From Macrostomum lignano (Eukaryota): a stretch of 64,000 nucleotides of DNA. Below, piece after piece: positions 1-12,154 of this stretch. The translations under genes and the position numbers were made by a program. The stretch is taken from NCBI GenBank assembly GCA_002269645.1, contig NIVC01001184.1, positions 278,540 to 342,539 on the forward strand, in the 5' to 3' direction. Numbering within the stretch: the stretch's first letter is position 1; the number at the start of each line of letters is the position of its first letter. The notes under the pieces are model-generated. The model had not been told where the DNA came from and ran no database searches. It saw only the letters and a list, made by a program, of their open reading frames with translations.

Positions 1-318
1 AAAATTGTTAGATGCATGATATTTTGCTTTGATATTATGCTTAGGATGTTGAACTTTGTGACTTAGGAGCCAAAAGTATAGTAATTTAATATTAACATTC
101 TTGTAAATATTAAATTAAAGCATTAAGCTTTCTTCAACTTCAATAGGTCTGAGGCTTAAGGGTAAAGTATAGATATTAGTACTTAATTTGATTGTCCATT
201 GTTTATAGTTCCTTAGTGAGGTCCATATTTTTTTCATATAAATTCATGTTACTAAATGCAATCCTCTGGTAAAAAAGTCAAATCTATCAAATTTTAATTT
301 TGTTTGGCATCATTACAG

Positions 319-3300
319 GGCTGCAATTGCCACATTGACAGCCGTGTAGCCTGGCTCAATTGGCCAGAAGCTACCAATGTAGAATTCACAACCGCAGATG
401 AGCTGGACTCAGCTGTTGACGATGCTGACTTGGTTGATGGAGTTCCAACTTTAAGATTTCTCTCTGCTGCAGCACTAACAGAGGACTCAAACTTTCTAAG
501 AAATCGCTGTCTATCATTGAGTCCGCCTAGATCTGTTTGGCCTCAATTAGTTCGCAGTGCCATTAAACAGGGTCACAGTCTCAGCTTGGTTCATCTGGCC
601 ACTGTATGGCCTTTTGATGAGTTCTCAGTACTAGATACTGCGCCACTGTCTTTCACCGCAACAATTGACAGTCTTCAGAAGCCTAGTAGCTGTCGAAATC
701 TTGCCCTGTCAGAAATCTGGTCATTAATCTGCCTGGCTGTGATCAATCGATGCCGAAATAACTCGGCTTCATCCGCAACTGCACCAGCATCGATTCGCTA
801 TCATTTGCCTGGTCAGCCGCCGTCTGCGCAGCAGCAGTTTGCTTTCCTTGATCAGCTAGCAAGTTGCGGCGATGTTAGCAGATCTGTTCAAGTTGATCTT
901 GACGTTGCTGTTGAAGGTCAAAATGAACTGTTGCGCCTAGCGTCTGTTGTATCGCGCTGTTATCGGGGTCAGCTACGCTTGCGACGACTTTGTGTAGCAT
1001 CGGTGCATCCAATGAAACTGTTGAGCGTTGTAAACGAACTTAAAATTGGTAGCTGGAGAAGTATTAATGAAGAGGTGGGTTTTCATAACAGCGTATTCAG
1101 ATTTTGTGAATATAGATTTTAGTATATAGGACTAGCAATCAGCGCCCCCCCCATTGGGGCGGGGAGGCAACATATATAGAAATGAACATTTTTGGGATAA
1201 ACTACATGTAAGTCTTTTAACATGTACTGTTAGTATCCTAAGGAAAACGTGTTAAAAAGCAGAAAAGATCCCCTGTAATCTTTGGAATTTTAAGCCCTGG
1301 CCTAAGCCTAATTCTCCTTCGATCTACCTTTGGCTTGACCAACAACTTTCAATTGAGCCTTGGCATCTATGTCAGCGATTCTCCCCAAGAACAAAAAAAC
1401 ACAAGTTCGAACCAGATAGACGAATTCAGTATCGAATAAAACATGAGTAGCTGATGTGTTTATCAAGTTACCCGATCCTAAAAACCTTACAGGCATATGC
1501 TGTTACCCTAACAAAATTAAACTAAGCTAGAGGGCCCTTACTTTCTTTTCGTTATAAATCGCACACACGACTAGCGTCTATCTTGACATACATGCGCAAC
1601 CTTGGGAATCACTCGGCCGTTTCTATTGGCAACACACGCATGTAAGTCGCTATTGGCTGAGAGCAGTCACGTGACTACTATTCCGTCCAATAGCGACTTA
1701 CATGTGTGTGTTGCCAATAGAAACGGCCGGGTGAATCCCTAGGTTGCGCCCAAGCATGTATCCTGTATTTGCAGCAAAAGTTAATCTATATTTTTCTTCC
1801 CCAGTCGCTACCGATCAGTGTTTGTCTGACAGACACCGATCTGAGCATTGGCAGCCTATCTCAGGTCAATGCTAGTCAACTTTGGCAAAGTCTTCTTGAC
1901 AATGCAACCTGCCTGGACCTGAGCCGTAGTCGCCTTGATCGTCGTTCAGTTATTAGCCTTGGAGCACTGTTAGGCTTGGCCTCAGTTGATCCCAATAATG
2001 CAGCAAATGCAACACCAATGAGCAGCCGTTTGCAGCATCTCAATTTAAGCGGCAATCCTGGCATCCAGCTGCCTTCTTTTGGTTCTATAGTCGGTAATTT
2101 GACTGCTTTGTGCCTTGCCGGCTGCAGATTGCGAGCGAACTCATCAGATCTGTTGGCTGTTATAAACGCTTGTCGTTTGACTTTGCAGCATTTGGATCTG
2201 TCCGATAATCCTTTGCTGCTCCCGGTGGAAATGATTGAAACTTCCGGCGCTTCGTTCTATGGTAAACAGCCTTGTATGAGGGTTTTACACCCCGTGTCCT
2301 TCGTTGGTTGTACACCCCGTATCCTTATATAGTTGTGTGACCCGTGTTCTTAGATAGTAGGGCACACCCCGTGTCCTTAGGTTGTTGTAAACCAGGGTCG
2401 GCAAACTTTTACCGCAAGGGCCAGATAGAGAATCTAGCGCATGACTGCGGGCCAGAGGATTGGAAGAGAGGAGAGAAAAGAGAGATAGGAGAAAGGAGAT
2501 GAGATAATAAAGAAGGAGAGAGGAGACGAGATGAGGGATGAAATCGAAGAGGGGGAAAAGGGAAGAAGAGAGGAGGAAGGGAAGAGGAGAGGAGGGAGAG
2601 GAGAGGAGAAAGGGAAGAGGAGAGGAGGGAGAGGAGAGGAGAAAGGGAAGAGGAGAGGAGGGAGGGAAGAGATTAGGGAGATAAGAGAGAGAAGGGAGCT
2701 GAGAAGAGAGGCAAACCTTGAGCAGGCCAGATTGCTATTGTGAAGTTTCAAAGAACCCGAGAACCGGATAGAGAGGCTTCGCGGGCCATAGTTTGCCGAC
2801 CCCTGTTGTAAACACTATCCTGTGTCCTTCAAGATGTGTCCATAGACCTTAGACAGTGCAGGGCCATTGGTGGACCCGTGTCTTAAAGAGATTCCGTTTC
2901 AAGTGTTACGATCGTGTCCTACTTGAACAATTTTCACTTCTCCAGCAGAACTGTTTCGTCTGCAACGGCTGTCCTCACTACGCCTAGCCTGTCTAACCAG
3001 TCCTGGTGGATTGGACAGGGAAATTGGAGCCAACGGAAGCAACTCTTCAGTAGCTTTACTATTAGACTCTGTGCTAACTGGCTGCCCTAAATTGTGCCGG
3101 TTAGACATTAGCGATTGGCCAGTTGGCACTAGAGATTGGGCCACTAGCTTGCTGCCGATACTACTAACTAGTAGCGATGTGAGTAGGTCGCACTCTCTGA
3201 AATTGCTAGTGCTCAGCTGGCCTAGAGGCTATCAAGCGGACGATTGGTCCGATGGAAGCGGCGAATTTCGTGACGCTGAGGATGGCGAAGATTTCGAAGA

Positions 3301-3394
3301 ATTTCAAGCCGAGCTGGATATTGAAGCCAGGGACTCCTATGCTGCTGGTGTAGATCGTTTGCAGTCTGCTGGCTGCGGTCTTGTTTGGGTCTAA
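319..3394 (+). CDS. Leucine-rich-repeat (RNI-like) protein, 3 exons visible
   Basis: Exons 319-1074, 1775-2261 and 2946-3394 join in frame through GT-AG introns (phase 0, phase 1). LRR motifs include LQHLNLSGN, LQHLDLSDN and LCRLDISDW. An in-frame TAA lies at 295 and there is no early Met, so the start must be spliced on (upstream exon or SL). Confidence 0.7.
1587..1760. mobile_element. Palindromic (fold-back) MITE-like element, copy 1, in LRR intron 1
   Basis: Self-complementary arms (gcgcaacct-ggga-t...cggccgtttctattggcaacacac-catgtaagtcgctattgg) centred on agtcacgtgact. A near-identical reverse-complement copy lies at 8283-8457. Confidence 0.8.
2393..2805. mobile_element. hAT-type MITE with purine-only (GA) core
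   Basis: TIRs cagggtcggcaaact / agtttgccgacccctg, with a perfect 8-bp TSD TTGTAAAC at 2385-2392 and 2806-2813. Related copies near 6340-6462, 20269-21499 and 31904-32240. Confidence 0.85.
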
Positions 3395-3465
3395 TATTTC
3401 CATATTTGTAGGCTCTCTGTGATTTCTAATGTTGTCAATTTGTTTGCGATTAACTATTGAGATTT

Positions 3466-3812
3466 TCAGACCGGAAGTGTCAAAATAGCTAATGAGGCTT
3501 CCAGACCGGAAGTGTCAAATTAGCTAATTAGGCTTCCGGACCGGAAGTGTCAAATTAGCTAATTAGGCTTCCAGACCGGAAGTGTCAAAATAGCTAATTA
3601 GGCTTCCAGACCGGAAGTGTCAAATTAGCTAATTAGGCTTCCAGACCGGAAGTGTCAAATTAGCTAATTAGTCTTCCAGACCGGAAGTGTCAAATTAGCT
3701 AATCAGGCTTCCAGACCGGAAGTGTCAGATTAGCTATTCAATAATTAGGCTTCCAGACCGGAAGTGTCAAATTAGCTAGTTAGGCTTCCAGACCGGAAGT
3801 GTCAAATTAGCT
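3466..3812. repeat. 35-bp minisatellite, about 10 units (ggcttccagaccggaagtgtcaaattagctaatta)
   Basis: Unit read directly from the sequence. Confidence 0.9.
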
Positions 3813-4234
3813 ACCGAGACTATCAGTAGCTTGTTAAAACATAGATTTTCCTGACTATTTTTTTGGCGTGGACCTTGATTGTTGCTAATTGATTCTTGAA
3901 CGACGATTTGCCTTTCAGTTTTAATTGGAAAATACTGTCTCACTGTTTGATCAACGCTTTAAATTGCTTTATTTATGTGCCAATAAATAAATATTCGACT
4001 ATTCATGCCAATGAATAGTATTTATTTAATTAATAAATACATATTTTATTTAAATAAACTTGGTTACTAATTTTAAAAAGTTAGATTTGGCTTACAGCTT
4101 TTTTGAGTTTTATTGGCAGCAATTAATTTCACTAGATCCAAATCTAAAGTCTTAGACTTTACATCGTACGCCTCATCCCAATCCCTTTATTAAACAATTC
4201 ACCCAAATCCCTACCTCAAACCCTTCACCAGATC

Positions 4235-4610
4235 CCTAATTCAACCCTTCGCCCAGATCCGTACTTCAAAACCTTCACCCAGATCCCTACTTCAAAACCT
4301 TCACCCAGATCCCTACTTCAAAACCTTCATCCAGATCCCTACTTCAACCCTTTCACCCAGATCCCTACTTCAACCATTTCACCCAGATCCCTACTTCAAC
4401 ACTTTCACCCAGATCCCTACTTCAACCCTTTCACCCAGATCCCTACTTCAACACTTTCACCCAGATCCCTACTTCAACCCTTTCACCCAGATCCCTACTT
4501 CAAAACCTTCACCCAGATCCCTACTTCAACACTTTCACCCAGATCCCTACTTCAAAACCTTCATCCAGATCCCTACTTCAACCATTTACCCAGATCCCTA
4601 CTTCAACCAA
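4235..4610. repeat. ~26-bp minisatellite (acccagatccctacttcaaaaccttc)
   Basis: Unit read directly; a related, more degenerate array lies at 10890-11540. Confidence 0.85.
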
Positions 4611-5300
4611 AAAAATCCTGCTATGGACCATAGACATCAAATCATTTTTTAAAACTTGTCTTAACGTTCTTAACGTTCTCGGCTTCGCCTCGTTCAATAA
4701 ACAAGTCACTCAAGCATTTATTTCCCTAGCACTGGTTTAAATGGGGAATAATATGTACCTTAGGCAGCGGCTATTATTTCAGCGACTATCGTTTCTAGCT
4801 GTCTCAGCTAGTCAGCGGATGAGACAACACTGACCATAGATGGCCATGGAGGAAAAGTATGAAATCAGTCATTCCCCGTTTAAAAAATAGTAATACGTGT
4901 GTTCCTCACCATCTCAACATACTTTAGCTTAACTATTAACTCTTAACAGAATTCAGCTTGCTCCCCTTAGCAGATTCAAAACTCAGCACCAAAGCATAGG
5001 CCACAGACGAAAAGTCCAAAGTCTATTACAGAGATAGGAAAAACAGGTTTTTGGACATTTTCACCCATTTCTTAAGGTGGCACCCTATTTTTTATTAGCC
5101 TAAAACATATTCTGGAAAATTTCTCGTCTATTAGTCCAAGTCACATCTTTCTACGACTTACCGTTTAAGAGGAAATGCCGCACAAACAAACATACGCCAC
5201 GGTCTCAGAGTGAGTTTTAGTATTAGGAAGATAGATAGATCAGTAGAACATACAGTTTTTTCTTTCCCCTTTTATGCTCTGAATCGTCCATTAACTTAGA

Positions 5301-5582
5301 ATGTCGGCCCAGTCGCCAGCCTCAATGTCGCTAATGGAACAGGAGCTGAATCAGGCTCAGATTCGAGAGATTTTCACCTCGTTCAATCGATCGCATCAGC
5401 GCTGCTTCACCGATTGCGTTAACAAATTCGACAGGCGAAGCGTTAGCGATTCGGAGAAGAATTGCGTAGCAAACTGCGTGGCCAAGTATATGAATACTAC
5501 TCAGAGAATTTCTATGCGATTCCAGGAGCACCAGGCCATGATCACGGGCGGCGGGGCTGTTGCTCAAGGCCAGGGAAAATAG
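5301..5582 (+). CDS. TIMM9: Mitochondrial intermembrane-space small Tim chaperone Tim9
   Basis: 93 aa with twin CX3C motifs (CFTDC, CVANC) and the TQRISMRFQE segment typical of Tim9. A polypyrimidine tract and AG acceptor (5298-5299) lie 1 nt before the ATG. Confidence 0.9.
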   Translation: MSAQSPASMSLMEQELNQAQIREIFTSFNRSHQRCFTDCVNKFDRRSVSDSEKNCVANCVAKYMNTTQRISMRFQEHQAMITGGGAVAQGQGK

Positions 5583-6020
5583 ACTGCTTTGCGAATGTTT
5601 TTATAGTCTGGTTGGCATTTTAAGCATCCTAGTAAAGTACATAATTTAATAATTGTCAACAACTATTGTCTGTTTTGTCCGCAACAAAAAGTGCAATTTT
5701 GTCTTTCTTTCTTTCAGATTCAGATTCAGACTAGTAAAACAGTAGGATAGGATCACTGGAGGTTGGTTTTTTAGTTGCAAATAGATTTGCGAGATATGAA
5801 GTTTTCTGGGTTTTAGCACTGTATCGACAGAATACCATCTTCTGAATTTTTGAATTGCAAATGAAACGAATTGATTAAGGAGTAAATTTTTAACAGGCCT
5901 TAGCAATCCATGGCTCCGGGCCAGATGAGAGAGGAAAGGAGAGGGAACAAAGAGAGAAAAGAGAAGATAAAAGATGACAAGATAAAATTTTTGCACTTAC
6001 TTTCATATACGGCAATCTTT

Positions 6021-6314
6021 TTAGCGGTTGTGAAGTTTCGCGGTTGTGAAAGTAGGTGATTTAGCGGTTGTGAAGTTTCGCGGTTGTGAAAGTAGGTGAT
6101 TTAGCGGTTGTGAAGTTTCGCGGTTGTGAAAGTAGGTGATTTAGCGGTTGTGAAGTTTCGCGGTTGTGAAAGTAGGTGATTTAGCGGTTGTGAAATTTCG
6201 CGTTTGTGAAAGCAATCCGTCTTGCTCAAGGACACAAATTGTTCTTATTAGCATCGGGAATAGAACCCCGTACCTTCAAGTCGTGCGTCCGACGCTCTGA
6301 CCACTAGGCTATTG
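6021..6314 (-). mobile_element. tRNA-derived SINE with tandemly amplified 3' part
   Basis: The minus strand reads A-box-like TAGCCTAGTGG, B-box-like GGTTCTATTCC, then GTGTCCTTGAGCAAGAC (a conserved SINE core-like motif). About 4.5 copies of a 40-bp unit follow (6021-6211). Confidence 0.65.
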
Positions 6315-6807
6315 TAAAAACCCCTTTAGAAGATTGAAAGAGTTGAAAGGAGAGAGGAGGTAAGACAGCTGAAAAGAGACCTTGAGCGGGCCGGATCGCC
6401 ATTGTGAGTTTCAAAGGACCCCAAGACCGGATAGAAGCTTCGCGAGCCGGAGTTTGCCGACCAACTCCTGGACTAGAAAAGGCACACTTGAGCACAAGCA
6501 CAACAAAAATTTCCATCAGAACGTCTTTTGCCTGATTGCTCGCCTCCATGGCTAGAAAAGAATAGTTTGATTAACTTGCGAAAGACACTTTGGTATTTTG
6601 CTCCATATAAAATTCGGAACCTCAGAAGGTGAAGTTTTGTCTGTATTTTGTGGCGATAACCAGCCTCCAGTGAAATTTGAGTGCAGAGTCCTGCTTTGAT
6701 TATCCATGGTCAAAAGTCAGTTGCGTATCTGAGATGAAATTTCATCGACAGCTCCAAAAGTGGAAAAAAAGTCCAACTTTTAAATATTTGTAATATAAAT
6801 TCTTCAG

Positions 6808-7983
6808 GAAAGCCAACCGTCTGCTGTAACAGTGGCAGCAACAGCGCCACAGTGCGTCGCAGCTGAAGCTTCACATTCATCTGAGAGCCAAGTTGAAGTT
6901 AACACACTAGTTGAACTAACAGATTGCAATCTTAACTTAGAAGCAAGCCAGGGTCGAAGTCAGCAAGCTAATAAACAACGATTTAAACAAGCGCGAGCGC
7001 CTCCGCCTGCAAAACAACAAGCTGAGGCATGCCAGTCATTGAATTTCCGTAATCCAGTAACCGCACGTTATCCAAACACGGATCAGTTGTGGCACAGAGT
7101 TGGAGAATTATCCCTATTCGATTGGTCAGTGTCCGGCAACGAGACTTGCATAGTAGTTCGCGGTCGAGGCTTCTGCATCGCTCTAGACGTTGGCGTCTGC
7201 CCGCCGCAGGCTGTGGACGCCGATCACGTGTTTATTAGTCACGGTCACGTTGATCATTGCGGCGCATTGCACATGCATATTAGAAAGCGTCAGTTGCTTA
7301 GACTGCCACCGGCTGTCTACTACATGCCCGAATGTCTAATAAATCCAATGCAATCTACATTGGCTGCATTTGTTACCATGCAAGGTGACAGCGACTATGC
7401 GGAAATGGTGTCCAACTCTAGACTTGTCGGTTTGAAAGTTGGCGATCGAGTTCCAATTAGTAATGACAATAATCAGCCTGCCGATGCAGCCAGTCTGACC
7501 TTGAGCGTATTCGCTACTGATCATCGGGTGCCCAGTTTGGGCTGCATATTGCGCCGTAGACACATCGTTTTGCTGCCTGAATGTCGTCGACTGAGCCAGG
7601 ATGAGCTGCGAGCACGGGTTGCTCAGGGCCTGCCAGTGCGCGGTCCCGAGTGGGAGCCGTTGCTAGGCTACACTGGAGACACCAGATTCAATGTATTCTT
7701 AACGCCGCAAGATCCGGACTTGTTGCGCGTTAGATTGCTCATTTCCGAGTTGACATTTTTGAGTGGTTCGATTGAACGCGCAGATAGTTTTGGACATTGT
7801 CACGTTGATCAATTTGCGCAGCATTGGAGACTGTTTGGCGCTGTGAATCGGCTTGTGTTTGTGCACTTTAGCAATAAGGTTTTGCCGGAAGAGATTCTTG
7901 AGCGGGTGTACTCAACTTTGCCTCAACAGCTGGGTCGCAGAGTCTACTGCGGACTGATTGCCAAGAGATTGCTGTATTCATGA
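6808..7983 (+). CDS. TM-type (plant/Thermotoga-like) short-form tRNase Z, paralog 1
   Basis: Motifs DWSVSGNETC, FISHGHVDHCG (MBL His motif), FATDHRVPS, GYTGDT, SELT, GHCH and HFS. Intronless. The ORF is open from the acceptor at 6806-6807; in-frame TAA at 6796; the first in-frame Met lies after the His motif. Confidence 0.8.
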   Translation, partial: ESQPSAVTVAATAPQCVAAEASHSSESQVEVNTLVELTDCNLNLEASQGRSQQANKQRFKQARAPPPAKQQAEACQSLNFRNPVTARYPNTDQLWHRVGELSLFDWSVSGNETCIVVRGRGFCIALDVGVCPPQAVDADHVFISHGHVDHCGALHMHIRKRQLLRLPPAVYYMPECLINPMQSTLAAFVTMQGDSDYAEMVSNSRLVGLKVGDRVPISNDNNQPADAASLTLSVFATDHRVPSLGCILRRRHIVLLPECRRLSQDELRARVAQGLPVRGPEWEPLLGYTGDTRFNVFLTPQDPDLLRVRLLISELTFLSGSIERADSFGHCHVDQFAQHWRLFGAVNRLVFVHFSNKVLPEEILERVYSTLPQQLGRRVYCGLIAKRLLYS

Positions 7984-8282
7984 GCCATGGACTACAAAAT
8001 GAAAGAGAAACTTTCCAAACAGAGCTTGTTATCCTTAAGTAATTTGCTTGTACACAAGCTTGGTAACTATATGTGCAATAGACAGACTGATATGTACCGA
8101 AACAAATCTGATATAGCTGAATATGAGCAACCATTCTCAACCATCCGATTTATCGTGGCTTTGAGGCAAGCATAGAAATCGAACACCAAAATGGTGTACA
8201 CTTCTTCTCTGAGATAAAAAGACTGTATAGGATTGCTCATCTGCAAAATGGCTGCGGTTAAAAGGGTCCTCAAAAATTGAGA

Positions 8283-8457
8283 ACATGCTTGGGCGCAACC
8301 TAGGGATTCGCCCGGCCGTTTCTATTGGCAAAACACACATGTAAGTCGCTATTGGACGGAATAGTAGTCACGTGACTGCTCTCAGCCAATAGCGACTTAC
8401 ATGTGTGTGTGTTGCCAATAGAAACGGCCGAGTGATTCCCAAGGTTGCGCATGTATG
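8283..8457. mobile_element. Palindromic MITE-like element, copy 2
   Basis: Reverse complement of 1587-1760 with few differences. Confidence 0.8.
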
Positions 8458-8777
8458 AATTTGAGAAACTACTCGTATATTGGTTGCTGAAGTTTTTAAA
8501 ATACTTCTACCAGTGAATATTATTGGTTGATGCAGGGAAATCCGCTGCTCACGAATTTAATCTCTCATTCAACTGAGAAAAGTAAACTCGGTCGTTTAAG
8601 ACACAGACAAGTAACTTTATAGCCTCGCAGATAATCTTCACGACCATAGGCAACTTTTGGGAGGACTCCAGGCTTTGCCATGCTTCAAGGCTTCAAGATT
8701 AAGTATTGAAAACAGCACGAAACAAACAATGAAACTTAGTCTATGTTAGAAAGCTCCCTGGACTAATACTTTACATA

Positions 8778-9350
8778 CGAGGGTCATCCCAAAAGTTCTC
8801 TGTGTCACTGAATTGCTCCTACGAACTGGCACCAATTTTGAAGAAACTGCACACAAACTTGCACCAATATCTGCACACAACATTGATGAATTTTCATAAA
8901 AAAATCTCCATGCAATTAGAAATAACAAGCTGAGTTGTCCAACACCTTCAGAGCAAATGGACAGCTCTCACATTGACTTCTTTAACTGGCACAGTGCAGC
9001 TCGTGCAGCATCACCGACCAGTCATGCGAGTCAGCCAGTCATTCAAGAATAAATGATGGAATTCTTGTCAAGTTCATTCACTTTTCTGCTTGTGACACTT
9101 GCCTATTCAGTCGGTGATGCTGCACGAGCTGCACTGTGCCAGTTAAAGAAGTCAATGTGAGAGCTGTCCATTTGCTCTGAAGGTGTTGGACAACTCAGCT
9201 TGTTATTTCTAATTGCATGGAGATTTTTTTATGAAAATTCATCAATGTTGTGTGCAGATATTGGTGCAAGTTTGTGTGCAGTTTCTTCAAAATTGGTGCC
9301 AGTTCGTAGGAGTGGTTCAGTGATACAGAGAACTTTTGGGATGACCCTCG
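8778..9350. mobile_element. Tc1/mariner-type MITE with ~240-bp TIRs
   Basis: TA|cgagggtcatcccaaaagttctctgt ... acagagaacttttgggatgaccctcg|TA. The arms (about 8778-9018 and 9110-9350) are nearly perfectly complementary, with a TA TSD. Confidence 0.85.
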
Positions 9351-9962
9351 TATGGTGGGAATAATTAATACTATTTATTAACTTAAAATATGAAAGGAAA
9401 TGTCCCAAATTTTGAGGATTTTCGACCACAGAGACATTTCGTGGACCGAGCAGTCCATCACGTTTCGTTATCTATGCCAGGCTAATTTTGCTCAGTCTGG
9501 TTTGGATTTAATTAATTGCTGTATGGACTGCTTGGGGTTGGTTGCCTTTTAACTGAAAAATTTATGGTTGTATATGAGTGTGTTCTTAGACGAATAAGAC
9601 GAAGACGAATAATAAAACAATGCCATGCATTTCAGCGTATTGGCTCTTGTATTTCTTTTGTTTTTGTTTACGTATTTTAGTTCTTACTAGGTATTTTACT
9701 TGTAGTAAAAAATCTTTTGTGTATAGTACTGACTCAGTAGCTAGTGTGGTTCGCTTAATATAAAAACTCCCTTAGAATAACAAAATAGCTTCTACCTAGG
9801 AATTCCGTGTGACAGTGACAGTAGCTCAAAAAGATATTCTTAGAGATATTTTTGAATCCTGAATTTCGCACAGCAATTCTGATGCTTAGAAAAACCAGTA
9901 GCTCAAAAAGACACTCACGCTACATATCGGCTGGTTTCCCATGATTTTTGTCCCTATTCCAG

Positions 9963-10835
9963 TGTCTGTCAGTGCCCGATCCCCTCCTGCCCCTGCCGGC
10001 ATGGATGGCTGGCCTGTTTGCCCTGCTAATCGCTGTTGGCTTTGTGCTCAGCCTGTACCTGTGGGAGCTCGGCTCGGCCAATGCTCGAGCTGGGGTTGAT
10101 CGCGACAATCCTAAAGTGATTATTCGCAGGTTTCTCGGCGTCTCAGCGGTTAGTTTAAGCGTGCTGATCTGCTATAGGTACTTTCTGATGAAGCCGACAG
10201 CTGCCAGCTGGTCAGATGTGCTTCAGCTGATCGGTCTGAGATGGTCCGGAATGCTGCCAGCTGTTGGAGCATCCTTGTTGCTAACCGCTATCCTGTTCAC
10301 TGGCCCGATTCTGCTAGCCTGGGAGACTGGCGACGGATTCTTTGATAGGGAACCGCTGCTGAGTTTGAGATGCTGCCGCACTTTAGTGTTGGCTCCGGTC
10401 ACTGAAGAGCTGTGCTTTCGCGCCCTGATGCTGCCGGTGCTGTGCGTTCATCTCTCTTGCACTCGGGCGGCCTTCCTGTCGCCGCTGTTCTTCGGCTTGG
10501 CGCATTTTCATCATTTGATTAACCGGCTACAGCGCGGCTATCCGCTTGTGCCCAGCCTGATTCAGGCAACGTTTCAATTCTCCTACACTTACATATTCGG
10601 CGTGTATTCGGCCTACTTGTATTTGAGAACTGGCCAGTTAGCTGCCGCCTGCGCCGCGCATTCCTTCTGCAATCTGATGGGTTTCCCAGATTTTGAGGCG
10701 CTGGCCAATCTGCGAGGAATTAAACTGGCGGTGCACGGCGGCGCCTTTGTTTTGGGATTGGTTGGTTGGCTGGCCCTGCTGGGGCGGCTGACCGAACCAG
10801 CGATGTTTGCTTCGCAGTGCGACTGCTTCTGGTAG
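9963..10835 (+). CDS. RCE1: CAAX prenyl protease 2 (Rce1)
   Basis: Multi-TM protein with APVTEELCFR, FFGLAHFHH and HSFCNLMGFP motifs. Intronless. The frame starts at the acceptor 9961-9962; first genomic Met at 10005. Confidence 0.9.
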   Translation, partial: CLSVPDPLLPLPAWMAGLFALLIAVGFVLSLYLWELGSANARAGVDRDNPKVIIRRFLGVSAVSLSVLICYRYFLMKPTAASWSDVLQLIGLRWSGMLPAVGASLLLTAILFTGPILLAWETGDGFFDREPLLSLRCCRTLVLAPVTEELCFRALMLPVLCVHLSCTRAAFLSPLFFGLAHFHHLINRLQRGYPLVPSLIQATFQFSYTYIFGVYSAYLYLRTGQLAAACAAHSFCNLMGFPDFEALANLRGIKLAVHGGAFVLGLVGWLALLGRLTEPAMFASQCDCFW

Positions 10836-10889
10836 CGAGTTGTTTGATCCATCTATTAACTGTTGTTGCGAGTTTAATTGCTTTTTATA

Positions 10890-11540
10890 TACATCTAACC
10901 CTTCGAAAATCCCTGCAATAAACCCCTCACACAGATCCCTACATCAAACCCTTCACAAATCCCTACATTAAGCCCTTCACACAGATCCCTACATCAAACC
11001 CTTCACAAATCCCTACATTAAGCCCTTCACACATATCCCTGCACCAAACCCTTCACAGAGATACCTACATTAAACCATTCACAGATCCCTACATTAAACC
11101 CCTCACACAGATTCCTACATCTAACCCTTCACACAGATCCCTACATCTAACCCTTCACATGAATCCTACGTCTAACCCTTCACATAGTTCCCTACATCTA
11201 ACCACACTGATCCCTACACCTAACCTTCACACAGTTTCCTACATCTAACCTTCACACAGTTTCCTACACCTAACCTTCACACAGTTTCCTACATCTAACC
11301 TTCACACAGTTTCCTACATCTAACCCTTCATATGGATCATACGTCTAATCCTTCACACAGATCCCTATATCTATATAACCCTTCACACAGTTCCCTTCAT
11401 CTAACCCTTCACTTGGATCTTACATCTAACCCTCCACACAGATCCCTGCATATAACCCTTCACACATCCCTAAATCTAATTCTTTACACAGATTCCTACA
11501 TTAAACCCTTCACACATTCCTACATTATTCTTACCCTTCA
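10890..11540. repeat. Degenerate ~26-bp minisatellite (cacagatccctacatcaaaccctt)
   Basis: Read directly; same family as 4235-4610. Confidence 0.75.
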
Positions 11541-12154
11541 CAAGAGGTCCCTGCACAAAACCAGTCAGCCAGTTTAAGCCTAAAATCCCCAACTTCAATA
11601 AAATATTTGTGAATCTTCATTTTTGCGTCCTAAAAATGGTGTGGCTTTACTTGTTAGTACTTTTCAAATATCAGTTTGTTAGTTGTTTCTGCAAGAACAT
11701 TTGCACTCTTCTATCAGCTAAGGTTTATGTTTACTCTTGTAAGTTTTGTTACATTGTTTGTACATGTACGTTAAGCATTGAGAGTTTTCTACTCAACGAA
11801 TCAGTCAATCAATCGATATTTATTCAAATTTGCTGAAAAAGTTAAACTGAATTTAATCTGTTGGCAGTCACTTTTCCTGATTTTTAATTCATACTTTTGT
11901 AAGTTTTTATTTTCAATTTCTCATTTATGCGACTTTGGTTATTATTCCTAACAGTGTGGCAAAGAGATTACTTTTTTCAATAAATGTATTACGGACGGCA
12001 TTACTGGCTACTTTCCTACTTGACAAGCTGGTTTAACTTACTTAATTATATTTAGTTTTACCAGACTTATTCTTATTTTCCTGATTGCGCCAGGCGCTTA
12101 AACCATTGTTGTAGGAATGTAAAGGTAGTTATTTGTTTATTAGATTTTAAGGCC

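Noticed and set aside
1123-1400. Dispersed repeat shared with about 25655-25880 (ggactagcaatcagcgccccc...)
   Set aside because: The similarity is real but too diverged to define ends or class; it looks like an ordinary old repeat.
6248-6314. tRNA gene, or a tRNA-like RNase Z processing site within the polycistron
   Set aside because: Degenerate cloverleaf continuing into a SINE core. It lies on the - strand, so it would not be present in the + strand precursor.
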